Source: an uncultured Gammaproteobacteria bacterium (lineage in GTDB: Bacteria; Patescibacteriota; Patescibacteriia; UBA9934). From it: 64,000 nucleotides of DNA. Shown here in pieces: positions 49,387-58,615 of this stretch (position 1 is its first letter; every line of letters starts with the position of its first letter). Under the pieces are notes generated by a model. It worked only from the letters and a program-made list of their open reading frames with translations. It ran no database searches and was not told the origin of the DNA. The DNA lies in assembly GCA_964613815.1 (NCBI GenBank), contig CAZTKG010000002.1, positions 23,737-87,736 on the forward strand, given 5' to 3'. The translations under genes and the position numbers were made by a program.

Positions 49387-49514
49387 TGTGGGTAACTCAA
49401 TTTTTCGTGTGCTATACTTGCGATGCAACCTAACGATGAACTCCGTGCCTTTCAGCCGGGGTTTTTCATTTTGTTGGAGACTTGCCGTGTGCTCGTGATA
49501 TTATGTAGTCAACT

Positions 49515-50915
49515 ATGAAAAAGCGAACAAGGATTGTGTGTACTATTGGACCTTCTTCTAGCTCAGTTTCAATGCTGACGAAGATGATGAAGGCGGGGAT
49601 GAATGTGGCTCGACTAAATTTTTCGCATGGGACGCATCCGGATCATAAGCGATTGATTCGGCATGTGCGAAGTGCGAGCAAGAAGGCTGGGCAGACGGTG
49701 GCGGTGCTTCAGGATTTGCAGGGGCCAAAGATTCGGACGGGAAAGCTGCCGAATGAGGGAGTGAATATTCATGCTCGAGAGAGGATTTCTTTTAAAACGG
49801 GAATTGCGGATTATGAGAGTAGCGGACCGTTTCCGGTGACGTATGATTTACTCCATAAGGATTTGAAGGCTGGGCATCGAATTTTGATGGATGATGGGAA
49901 GATGGAGGCGGTGGTTAAGGGGGTTCGAGGACGTGTGATTTCTGCGGTGGTGGTAACTGGAGGCGTCTTGAAGTCTCATAAGGGGATGAATTTGCCTGAT
50001 TCGACGGTGTCGGCGAGCTCATTTACGGAAAAGGATCGGGCCGATTTATTGTTTGGACTTGAGCAAGGGGTTGATTGGGTAGCTCTTTCGTTTGTGACGG
50101 GCCCTGACGTTGTTCGTCGTGTGCGTAAGTTAATGCAGACACGATGTAGAAAGTTGAAGAAAGCTGTGCCGAAGATCATTGTAAAGATTGAGCGGCCAGA
50201 GGCTGTGAGTGGGTTTTTGGCGATTTTGAATGTTGCGGATGGAGTCATGGTTGCCAGAGGTGATCTTGGCATTGAGATTCCTTTTGCAGAGGTTCCTATT
50301 TTTCAGAAAGAATGTGTTGAATTATGTCGTCGAGCAGGAAAGCCGGTTATTGTGGCGACGCAAATGCTTGAGTCGATGACGAGTAATCCTCGAAGTACGC
50401 GAGCGGAGACGAGTGATGTAGCGAATGCGGTGATTGATCATGCGGATGGGGTGATGCTTAGTGGGGAGACGGCGACGGGAGATTATCCTTTAGAAACGGT
50501 TAAGGCGATGGCTGAGGTGATCCGTGTAACGGAAGAAGCTCGACTTGATGATGTTGGGTTTTATGATTTGCATGGAGCAACGGATGCGATGAGTGTGATT
50601 GCGCAGTCTTTGTATATTCTTGGGCACAACAAGCATGTGGATTTGATTGTGACGGCGGCTGGGTATGATGTCGCGAAGTATGTTGGTGTGTTTCGGCCGG
50701 ATGTGCCTGTTGTGATTGCATGTGCTGATGCTGGTGTTGCGCGGAAGATGATGTTTCGGCGAGGAGTGATGCCGGTGGTTTTGGCGGATGATGTTGGGAC
50801 GTTTGTGCAGCGGGCGGAGCGATATTTGCGGAAAAAGAAGATGATTTCGTCGAAGTCTTCGGTGGCGTATGTGCTTGGAGGGAAGGGGCGAGAGATTCAA
50901 TTGGTTGTGAGATAA
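49515..50915 (+). CDS. pyk: Pyruvate kinase
   Basis: IVCTIGP, ARLNFSHG, DLQGPKIR, KIE, MVARGDLGIE, ATQMLESM, MLSGETA. Confidence 0.97.
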   Translation: MKKRTRIVCTIGPSSSSVSMLTKMMKAGMNVARLNFSHGTHPDHKRLIRHVRSASKKAGQTVAVLQDLQGPKIRTGKLPNEGVNIHARERISFKTGIADYESSGPFPVTYDLLHKDLKAGHRILMDDGKMEAVVKGVRGRVISAVVVTGGVLKSHKGMNLPDSTVSASSFTEKDRADLLFGLEQGVDWVALSFVTGPDVVRRVRKLMQTRCRKLKKAVPKIIVKIERPEAVSGFLAILNVADGVMVARGDLGIEIPFAEVPIFQKECVELCRRAGKPVIVATQMLESMTSNPRSTRAETSDVANAVIDHADGVMLSGETATGDYPLETVKAMAEVIRVTEEARLDDVGFYDLHGATDAMSVIAQSLYILGHNKHVDLIVTAAGYDVAKYVGVFRPDVPVVIACADAGVARKMMFRRGVMPVVLADDVGTFVQRAERYLRKKKMISSKSSVAYVLGGKGREIQLVVR

Positions 50916-50917
50916 GG

Positions 50918-50942
50918 AAATACCGAGCTAAGCTCGGTATTT
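50918..50942. terminator. Bidirectional terminator-like inverted repeat
   Basis: AAATACCGAGCT-A-AGCTCGGTATTT between convergent genes. Confidence 0.65.
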
Positions 50943-51252
50943 ATTCTGTTTGTTCGATGACTGCTTCGTTGAGGAGATTTGTGAGTTCTGCTTCTATGTT
51001 GAGGCTAGCGAGGAAGTTTTGGACCGCGAGGAGGAGGATTCCGGCGACGATTGTGGCTCCTATGACCATGCCGAGGCCTCTGAGAATTCCGACTCCTATG
51101 TGTTCGGATGCGGTGTAGTACCATTTTTTCTTTTCCTCTTCTTGATCTTCTTTTTGTTCTTCTTCGAGAATGGATCTAAGGAGGAACTTAATTTCTTGCA
51201 GTTCTTTTACTGCGAGTTCTGAGTGTGGTTTTGTTGTCCTCCTGGTTGGCAT
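50941..51252 (-). CDS. Small membrane protein (DUF5665-like)
   Basis: GILRGLGMVIGATIV motif; TGa-TATAAT 6 nt before the ATG. Confidence 0.7.
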   Translation of the reverse strand: MPTRRTTKPHSELAVKELQEIKFLLRSILEEEQKEDQEEEKKKWYYTASEHIGVGILRGLGMVIGATIVAGILLLAVQNFLASLNIEAELTNLLNEAVIEQTE

Positions 51253-51289
51253 GGGGGAATTATATCATATGGTTTGATATACTAGGTTT

Positions 51290-53092
51290 GTGTATTGGCA
51301 TCGATTTCTCTATCTTTGTGTATTTGTCAGTATAATGATGGCGCTTTTTGCGCTTGTTTTGGGTTTTGTGATGCCGGAGGAGGAGTATCAGGTGTTTGTG
51401 GATCGGTTATTTGAGGAAGAGGTGGATGAGCGGCAGCGGTTTTGGACGGGGTACTATGGGTTGGATTTTTATGATACGGCTTATGATCGAGTTGGAGATG
51501 TTGACGAGGTGAAGTCTTCGAGTGCGATTGTGGCGCATCATTTAGTGGTGGCTGATGAGATTGCGCGGGTGTTTGAGCAGATTGGGGGGCGGTATGATGA
51601 GACGGTGGTTTTGATGAGTCCGAATCATTTTTCGGTGGGGGTTGGGCCTATTGTGACGACTCCGGGGATTTGGGAGACGGTTTATGGGGATGTTGAGAGT
51701 GATGATGAGATGGTTGAGAAATTGATTGATGCCGGGATTGGGGTTGAAGAAGATGCTGTTCCGTTTGAGACAGAGCATGGAATTTATGGATTGATGCCGT
51801 TTGTGAAGCGGTCGATGCCGAATGCGAAGGTTGTGCCTTTGATGCTTGATGAGAGTTTGACTCGGGAAGAGGCGACGGCTGTTGGGGTGGCGATTTCACG
51901 AGCGTTGCCAGGCGCTACGGTGGTTGCGAGTGTGGATATGTCTCATAATCTTCCTGAGCATGTACGAGTGTTTCATGATGATATGACGTCGGCGGTGATT
52001 GCGGCTGGGTATGAGCAGGATGGATTTGATGTGGAGATTGATGCGGTTCGGGTGTTTGATGCGCTTTTTGCCTTTAATTCGTTTGAGCGGACGGAGGAGT
52101 GGCATGAGACGTATCGCGGGTCCTCTATGGAGCATGGGCTTGCGCCTGATTGGCGGGAGAATACGTCTCATGTTTTAGGATATTTTACGAGCGGGAAGGG
52201 GAGTGATGATGCGCCGTTTGGGATGCATGTTGTGGGGGATATTATGCTTGATCGTGGGGTGCGGAAGCAGATTGATGCTGCAGGTGATGTCGGGTATCCG
52301 TGGGATGAGGTTGGGCGGTTTTTGCGTGGGGTTCATGTGCGGGTTGGGAATTTGGAAGGGACGGTGAATGAGCAGGAGAGTACGTATACGTATGATCCGC
52401 CGTTTCGGTTTGTGTTTGACCCTGCATATATTGAGGAGATGTCGGCGTTTATTGATGTGGTGAGTTTGGCGAATAATCATACGTCGGATGTTGGGTCGAT
52501 TGGGGAGGAGGAAACGCAGTTGTGGCTTGATGATATTGGGGTGAATTGGTTTGGTGGGTATACGGAATCGGTTCCGGCGCATTATGAGGAAGTGAATGGG
52601 CATGCGGTGGCGTTTGTGGGGTATCATGCGTTTCAGCCGGATGAGGATTTGCTGGTTGCGACGATTGAAGAGGCGGATGCTGCGGGGGCGTACGTGATCG
52701 TGATGCCGCATTGGGGGATTGAGTATGATTTTTTGCCTAGTGCTGGCCAAAGACGTATTGCGGAGGTTATGATTGGGGCAGGAGCGGATTTGATTATTGG
52801 TGGGCATCCGCATGTGCCGCAGGGGATTGAGCGAATTGATGGTGTAACGGTTGTGTATTCTTTGGGTAATTTTGTTTTCGATCAGGAGATTCCAGAAACT
52901 TGGGAGGCTATGACCGTGGGATTAATGTTCGCGGGAGATTATAAAGGGTTGTATTTGATGCCTGTGGGGACGCGATATGGTCAGCCGGTTCCGCTTGGGG
53001 ATGAGGAAGCTCGGGATTTGTTTGATCGTTTGAGTGAATATTCAAGTAGTGATGTTGCGGACATGGTTCGTGATGGGCTGATTTATTTATAG
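51290..53092 (+). CDS. Fusion of a MEMO1/AmmeMemoRadiSam-B-like domain with a CapA/PGA_cap metallophosphatase domain
   Basis: VAHH, SPNHF, EHG and SVDMSH (Memo); GDIMLDR, GNLEG, LANNH, HWGIEY, GGHPHV and YSLGNFVFDQ (CapA). Confidence 0.88.
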   Translation: MYWHRFLYLCVFVSIMMALFALVLGFVMPEEEYQVFVDRLFEEEVDERQRFWTGYYGLDFYDTAYDRVGDVDEVKSSSAIVAHHLVVADEIARVFEQIGGRYDETVVLMSPNHFSVGVGPIVTTPGIWETVYGDVESDDEMVEKLIDAGIGVEEDAVPFETEHGIYGLMPFVKRSMPNAKVVPLMLDESLTREEATAVGVAISRALPGATVVASVDMSHNLPEHVRVFHDDMTSAVIAAGYEQDGFDVEIDAVRVFDALFAFNSFERTEEWHETYRGSSMEHGLAPDWRENTSHVLGYFTSGKGSDDAPFGMHVVGDIMLDRGVRKQIDAAGDVGYPWDEVGRFLRGVHVRVGNLEGTVNEQESTYTYDPPFRFVFDPAYIEEMSAFIDVVSLANNHTSDVGSIGEEETQLWLDDIGVNWFGGYTESVPAHYEEVNGHAVAFVGYHAFQPDEDLLVATIEEADAAGAYVIVMPHWGIEYDFLPSAGQRRIAEVMIGAGADLIIGGHPHVPQGIERIDGVTVVYSLGNFVFDQEIPETWEAMTVGLMFAGDYKGLYLMPVGTRYGQPVPLGDEEARDLFDRLSEYSSSDVADMVRDGLIYL

Positions 53093-53096
53093 TTTT

Positions 53097-54914
53097 ATGT
53101 CTGATGAGAAATTTTTGCCGAGTTTTGATCATTGTGGTGGGAGGTTTCACAAGGCGGTGATTTTGATCGCGGCGGCTGTTTCGTTGGCGGCGATGATTGC
53201 GCTTTTGGCGGTTTTGATTTTTGATGAAGGTGATGATTATGAGGAGGTCGTGATTGAGGATGGGGGGATGAGTGAGGAGGTCGTTGTTGATGAGGGTGAT
53301 GGCGCTTACGTCACGGTTATGGATGATGAGATTGAGATTGTTGTCGATTGGATTCCTTTGGATGAGCAGCGGGAAGTGACGATGAATCAGGTATTTTTGG
53401 AAATGGTTTATGCGAAGGATTTGGAGAATATAGAAGCGGGGCGAGGAGATACGTTTTCGGCTTCAACGTTTCATCTTGGGAGTGTCGCAGGAGGCGATTA
53501 TGATGGGTGGTCGTTCCAATTTATCGAAACGGCTTCATTGGGTATGGGCACGTATTATGGAGCGCATTATATTTTGGCGGATCCTACAAGCGGGGCCTTG
53601 GTTTGGCTTGGGAATTATGATCGAAGTATGGTTTCGATGTTTACTTCGCCTCTTTCGACTTATACCGAGCGAGATGCAACGTATTATGAAGATTTTGTTT
53701 CTGATTGGGCGGTCGTGTTTTCGAATGCCGTTGTTGATGAGTTGGAATTTGAGGATTTGATTTTTGAGGATGGTACTCCTCTTGTTGTTCGTGGTGGGTC
53801 TCATCATGTGCTTTATGAGCAGAGTTTTCTTCCGGCTGATGGGGAGGTGATGTATCTTGAGGATGGTTCTGAGATTATGTATAACCCGCAAACGGAAGGG
53901 GATGATAAGACGTCCGAAGATTTTTATTTCTATCGTGTTCGAGAGGATGGGATTGTTGTTTGGTATGACATGGAGGTGCCGTTTTGGGATTATGAAGCGA
54001 GATATGAGGCGGGGAGGGTTCCGGCTGTTACGTGGGGGGATGGGTCTGTGAATACCGCGTCTTATTTACGGGGGGTTCCGGGAGGTTGTGGAACGAGGAG
54101 CGATATTCATTTGATTGATGATGAGGACATTCCTGAGCTTGTTGCCGCTGGAACATTTGTTGATTTTGATGGTTCTGAAGGGGTGGTGTATGAGCACGCG
54201 GCGTATGACGAAGAAAATCAGTCGTATAATTTCCGTATGTGGCAAATTGTTTATCCTGATGCGAGTTGGGAGGAGTTTGTCGTTTCTCATCCGTCGTTTT
54301 ACTATGAAGATTCTCTTGGTCGCTGGAATCTGTTTACAAGTGTGAATATTGCTCCTGCGGCCGAATGTGGGAAGCCCGTGATTTATTTGTATCCTGAAGA
54401 GCCGACGGAGATGTTGGTTGAGGTTTTCCCGAAGGGTGGGTTTACGTTTACGGAGCCAGATTATGGAGATGGGTGGAATGTCATGGCTTATCCTGATGGG
54501 ACGGTTGTTGATTTGCGGGATGGAGAGGAGTATCCGTATCTTTTTTGGGAAGGGCGTGGGGGGATGTATGCGGAGCCTGAGCATTATTGGGCTGTGCCGC
54601 AGCAGCGTGTTGGATCGTTTTTGTGGTATTCGTTGCATCATTTAGGACTTAATGATCAAGAGTCGCTTGATTTTATGGAATTTTGGTTGCCTCGCATGGA
54701 GGATGCGGAGTGGTATAAGATTGGATTCCATGGGACGGAGGTGATGGATGTGCTTGCGCCGCTGAACATCAGTGAGGAGCCGGATATGGTTTGGCGGATT
54801 TTGATGGATTTTGAGGAGCTTGATGAGGAGATTCCGAGTAATCCGATGGAATGGCCGGATGTTCCGGAGCGAGAAGGGTTTACTGTGATTGAGTGGGGAG
54901 GGGTGATTCAGTAA
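53097..54914 (+). CDS. Membrane-anchored acidic protein with a conserved C-terminal KPVIYLYP domain
   Basis: N-terminal TM segment; ECGKPVIYLYP, TEPDY..GW.V.A.PDG, YPYLFWEG, DFMEFWLP, GFTVIEWGG. Confidence 0.8.
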   Translation: MSDEKFLPSFDHCGGRFHKAVILIAAAVSLAAMIALLAVLIFDEGDDYEEVVIEDGGMSEEVVVDEGDGAYVTVMDDEIEIVVDWIPLDEQREVTMNQVFLEMVYAKDLENIEAGRGDTFSASTFHLGSVAGGDYDGWSFQFIETASLGMGTYYGAHYILADPTSGALVWLGNYDRSMVSMFTSPLSTYTERDATYYEDFVSDWAVVFSNAVVDELEFEDLIFEDGTPLVVRGGSHHVLYEQSFLPADGEVMYLEDGSEIMYNPQTEGDDKTSEDFYFYRVREDGIVVWYDMEVPFWDYEARYEAGRVPAVTWGDGSVNTASYLRGVPGGCGTRSDIHLIDDEDIPELVAAGTFVDFDGSEGVVYEHAAYDEENQSYNFRMWQIVYPDASWEEFVVSHPSFYYEDSLGRWNLFTSVNIAPAAECGKPVIYLYPEEPTEMLVEVFPKGGFTFTEPDYGDGWNVMAYPDGTVVDLRDGEEYPYLFWEGRGGMYAEPEHYWAVPQQRVGSFLWYSLHHLGLNDQESLDFMEFWLPRMEDAEWYKIGFHGTEVMDVLAPLNISEEPDMVWRILMDFEELDEEIPSNPMEWPDVPEREGFTVIEWGGVIQ

Positions 54915-54977
54915 GAAGAAGCGGGCCTGTTGGCCTGCTTTTGTTTTGAGGGGCTGACAGGATGTGGTGTGCGTGAT

Positions 54978-55298
54978 ATGTTTGCGGCACGTTCTTTGGA
55001 GGGGTTTGTGCCTGATTATTGTTGCGGACGATGTGAGTGTCCTGAGGATTCGCTTCTTGATCCTGAAGGGCGGCCTGTGGGTTGGTGTTTTGAGCATTTT
55101 CGTGAGGAGGTGATTTATCGCGAAGGGATTGATATTGCTGATGTACACGGGCCGACGTTTGCGGAGTTGCGGCGGTGGTATGCGGGAGATGCGGCCGCTG
55201 ATGAAGTGACGGAGATTGCCGTGATGCAGGTTCCGTATGATTATTTAGTGCCGCCGAATCCGCCGCCTGGCATGCGTCGAGTTTTTGTCGGGCCGTGA
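54978..55298 (+). CDS. Small Cys-containing hypothetical protein
   Basis: ORF with + strand codon bias and CCGRCEC...WCFEHF; start uncertain. Confidence 0.4.
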   Translation: MFAARSLEGFVPDYCCGRCECPEDSLLDPEGRPVGWCFEHFREEVIYREGIDIADVHGPTFAELRRWYAGDAAADEVTEIAVMQVPYDYLVPPNPPPGMRRVFVGP

Positions 55299-55361
55299 GT
55301 TTTCGTGATCACTCGTTTGTCGAGTGGTTTTTTGTTTGTGAAAAAATAACCGAGCATGTGC

Positions 55362-55640
55362 TCAGTTTGGGGAGGGGGTTCCTGCGGAGATGAGGAGTGC
55401 AGGGACCTGTGCGAGGGCGAAGGTGAAAAGTCCGAAGTAGACGATTTGGTGACTTCGTGCTCTTGGACGGAGTTTTGTTTCACCTTTGTCGACGTAGAGT
55501 GTTGCGCCGTAGGCGATGAGGAGGATTCCGACGATGTAGATGAGGGCCCGGAGGAGGCCTATGTCGGGTTTTCCAGGGCGGAAGGAGAAGAGGAAGACGA
55601 AGGACATCCCGATGAAGGTTGGGATGATGAAGGAATGCAC
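55362..55640 (-). CDS. Small three-TM orphan membrane protein
   Basis: AGGAG SD before a GTG start; three hydrophobic stretches; C-ending codons. Confidence 0.55.
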   Translation of the reverse strand: MHSFIIPTFIGMSFVFLFSFRPGKPDIGLLRALIYIVGILLIAYGATLYVDKGETKLRPRARSHQIVYFGLFTFALAQVPALLISAGTPSPN

Positions 55641-56076
55641 GAGTGGACTCCTGGTGGGACGATGTGAGGATAGGTTGTTTAGTTGAAGTTGTCAAGGATG
55701 TTTGGTATGGTTTTGATGTTCTTTTGGAGGCTGAATGGCGATATGGGGGTGGGATCTGGATCGGCTTCGTCGTGGCTTGATTGCTGATCGTGGAGGTTCT
55801 GGTGCTGTGAGGGGGAGTACGTCTGATTATGCGCGAGACTCGGGTGATCCGTTGTCGATTGGGCGACTTGGAAAGTGTGGTTACAGGACACGTGCTGGCG
55901 ATTGTCTGCTCGGTTCATCATGCGCGTGTCGTGGGTCATTGAACGTTCCGCTTGAGTAGGTTGCTCGGCGGTTTTTTTGATACCAAAATCCCCGTGTGAG
56001 GAGGAGTTGGGTTTGTTTGGGGGGTGTTTTTTTGTTAAGTGTGTTTGAACTGTTGTGATATTATTGAGGCGGTCAA

Positions 56077-56430
56077 TTGGAGGGAGTGTTGTTTCCTATT
56101 TCTGATGGATGTCTCATGGAACTTGCTGGGCGGATTCATCCTTTGGTTCGTGATGGGGATGGTTGTTTGCGGGCGATTCAGCCGGTGGAGCTTCGGGCTT
56201 CGGGATTTCATCGAGGGGCTCGTATGATGGAGCGGGTGGTTGGGCTCGATGTGGTTGCGGAGGTGCGGACTTCGCATGCTGGGGAGCCTTCTGTGGCTGA
56301 AGTGCTGGCTCAGATTCCGGTGGGTCATCTTGGTTCGGTTACACACTTTGAGAGTGTGATTGAGGTGCTGGCTGGTGAGGCTAGCAACTGCGTTGCTAAG
56401 ACTGTTCTTTATTCTTTGCCCTCTGCGTAA
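56077..56430 (+). CDS. Hypothetical protein (PSVAEVLAQIP motif)
   Basis: GAGG SD before a TTG start; protein-like sequence with + strand codon bias. Confidence 0.55.
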   Translation: MEGVLFPISDGCLMELAGRIHPLVRDGDGCLRAIQPVELRASGFHRGARMMERVVGLDVVAEVRTSHAGEPSVAEVLAQIPVGHLGSVTHFESVIEVLAGEASNCVAKTVLYSLPSA

Positions 56431-56471
56431 ACTCCGTTTTGACGGAGTTTTTTTGTGGTATATTTTTGGAT

Positions 56472-57578
56472 ATGCGAAAGATGTATTCTCGATTTGTTCT
56501 AGGATTGCTTTGTTTTTTTGCCGTTCCTATGCTTGCTTTTGCGCAGGAGGGAGTTCATGATGATGTTTATTACGTGGGGACTGTGGATGGGTTTGTGACG
56601 GATGCGGCGAGTGATGCGCAGCGAGAGGTTGTGGTGGATTTGGAGGATCGTGAGGGGGTTGTAGCTGAGTATTTTGATGATCCTACGAAAGATGGAGATG
56701 ATTTGGCGATTGGAGATCGGGTGGTGGTGCTTTGGACGCAGGCGATGATGGATGAGGGGCAGTTTATTATTATTGATCGATATCGGTTGGTTTCGGTTGG
56801 GGTGTTGTTTTTGATCTTTTTTGGCAGTGCGATTTTGTTTGCGCGTAAGAAGGGGGTCTCGTCTGTTTTGGGACTTGCGGTGAGTTTGCTTATTTTGATG
56901 TTTTATACGGTTCCGACGATTGTTAGCGGGGGGTCACCGTTCATCGTGGCTTCGATTTCTGCGTTTTTGATTGCAGTGCTTTCGATTTCTATTGCGCATG
57001 GGTTTTCTCGGCAGACGGGGATTGCGCTTGTGAGTACGCTTGTAGTGCTTGTGTTTTCGTTTGGGCTTAGTCAGTTATTTGTTTCGACTGCGCAGCTTTT
57101 TGGGCTTGGATCTGAGGAGGCGTTTTCGTTGACGTTTTCTGGGCTTGGAGAGATTGATTTGCGAGGGCTTTTGTTGGCGGGGATTATTATTGGCGTCCTT
57201 GGTGTGCTTGATGATGTGACGACGGCGCAGACGGCGACGGTGAAGCAGTTGGCTGGTGCGGGCGTGAAGGGGTTTCGATCGCTCTATCATCGGGCAACGC
57301 ATGTTGGGGTGGAGCATGTGGTGTCTTTGGTGAATACGCTTGCGCTTGCGTATGTGGGGGCGTCACTTCCACTTTTGTTGATGTTTTCTGTGAATGAAGG
57401 AGGGTTGCCGTTTTGGGTGATTTTGAATAGCGAGATGATTATTGAGGAGGTGATTCGGATTTTGATTGGAAGTATTGTGCTTGTTTTGGCTGTGCCTATT
57501 TCGACGGTATTTGCAGCTTATGCGTATTCTCGATGGCCGAAATGGGTAAAGGAGGGGGAGAGCGGGCATGTGCATTGA
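56472..57578 (+). CDS. YibE/F family membrane protein
   Basis: GDRVVV, D.YR, GLLLAGIIIGVLGVLDDVTTAQ, VNTLALAYVGASLPLLL. Confidence 0.93.
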   Translation: MRKMYSRFVLGLLCFFAVPMLAFAQEGVHDDVYYVGTVDGFVTDAASDAQREVVVDLEDREGVVAEYFDDPTKDGDDLAIGDRVVVLWTQAMMDEGQFIIIDRYRLVSVGVLFLIFFGSAILFARKKGVSSVLGLAVSLLILMFYTVPTIVSGGSPFIVASISAFLIAVLSISIAHGFSRQTGIALVSTLVVLVFSFGLSQLFVSTAQLFGLGSEEAFSLTFSGLGEIDLRGLLLAGIIIGVLGVLDDVTTAQTATVKQLAGAGVKGFRSLYHRATHVGVEHVVSLVNTLALAYVGASLPLLLMFSVNEGGLPFWVILNSEMIIEEVIRILIGSIVLVLAVPISTVFAAYAYSRWPKWVKEGESGHVH

Positions 57579-57607
57579 GATTTTTGGAAATGAGAAGTCG
57601 TTCACCT

Positions 57608-57673
57608 AATACAAAAATACTCCGCTTAATTTAGCGAAGTACTTTTGGCGGGGCGTAGTGGAATGGGTTGGAA
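57608..57673. repeat. 66-bp direct repeat, left copy
   Basis: AATACAAAAATACTCCGCTTAATTTAGCGAAGTACTTTTGGCGGGGCGTAGTGGAATGGGTTGGAA; 63/66 identical to 58432-58497. Confidence 0.95.
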
Positions 57674-57693
57674 GATGGTTTATTCAAAGTCCT

Positions 57694-58392
57694 TCACTTA
57701 TTTAGCACTTTATACTTCACATGAAGAAATGATTTTTTCAATTGTTCCGCTGTGATCAATTTTAGGGGTACGAGCTTGTCGAGTTCGCTTGTGCGATGCA
57801 GTGCCTCTCCATCCATCAGGGTTGGTGTTGTGGACCCACCTACCATAATCGGGGCAACGACCAAGGAAATGTGATCAATAAGTCCAGATCGCAACAGGTG
57901 TGCATTCATCGTTCCACCAGATTGAACGGTCATTTGTCTTACACTGTGTTCGTTATAGAGTGATGCAAATAGTTTTTTAAAGTTTATCTTTCTCGAAAAG
58001 TGCATCACGGTTATATTATCAAGTTCTTTTTGAAGTTTGTAAGCAGGATGTTTCTTGTTTGTTGTAGCGATGAAAACATGTTCCAACCACTTTGAGAGAT
58101 GCTGGATGCCAGACGCTTTTAGGTGGGGCTTGTTGTCAACAAGAACAAAACGAACAGGAAGACTTTCTTTTGGGCTCTTGCGTTCATTGATGCCAACCTT
58201 GGCCATAACTTTTCCGGTATTAAACGAGACAAGATCTGTTTGTTGTTCTAATTCGTAATACTGACTCAATCCTTCCTTCACACCTGTAATTTTTTTCCAG
58301 TCTTGATCTACATCGAGTTCATCCGTGTCTCCACTGGAGATCTTTCCATCTAGACTCGACAACATGAAGAGGGTGGTTTTTGGGCGTTTCAT
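57694..58392 (-). CDS. RibD C-terminal / dihydrofolate reductase-fold protein
   Basis: MLSSLDGKIS, TVQSGGTMNAHLLRSGLIDHISLVVAPIMVGG; start set at the ATG at 58392 behind TGa-TAGAAT. Confidence 0.88.
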   Translation of the reverse strand: MKRPKTTLFMLSSLDGKISSGDTDELDVDQDWKKITGVKEGLSQYYELEQQTDLVSFNTGKVMAKVGINERKSPKESLPVRFVLVDNKPHLKASGIQHLSKWLEHVFIATTNKKHPAYKLQKELDNITVMHFSRKINFKKLFASLYNEHSVRQMTVQSGGTMNAHLLRSGLIDHISLVVAPIMVGGSTTPTLMDGEALHRTSELDKLVPLKLITAEQLKKSFLHVKYKVLNK

Positions 58393-58431
58393 ACCTAACA
58401 ATTCTATCATTTTTTCCAACCATCATGTCCG

Positions 58432-58497
58432 AATACAAAAATACTCCGCTTAAATTAGCGAAGTACTTTTGGCGGGGCGTAGTGGAGGGGGTTGGAA
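58432..58497. repeat. 66-bp direct repeat, right copy
   Basis: AATACAAAAATACTCCGCTTAAATTAGCGAAGTACTTTTGGCGGGGCGTAGTGGAGGGGGTTGGAA. Confidence 0.95.
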
Positions 58498-58615
58498 TAT
58501 TTTTTTCTCACTCGTTCTAATGGCAAGGGAGCTGTAGAGTGTGTAAGGGTTTAAAAAATTTCAATAAAAATAGCTCAACTGCTCAGGTGACGATATGTCA
58601 TCTAAACAGTCGAGC

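Noticed and set aside
49387-49514. Possible NrdR box or riboswitch between nrdR and pyk
   Set aside because: No convincing match to the NrdR palindrome; the imperfect hairpin is more simply a terminator, and no nrd genes are adjacent.
55679-55959. Short ORFs on both strands
   Set aside because: Coding-like stretches switch frames and none gives a credible full protein; probably a decayed gene.
57694-58392. Trimethoprim-resistance dfr cassette
   Set aside because: Length and motifs fit the RibD C-terminal reductase-like family, not DfrA or DfrB, and no canonical attC or intI is visible.
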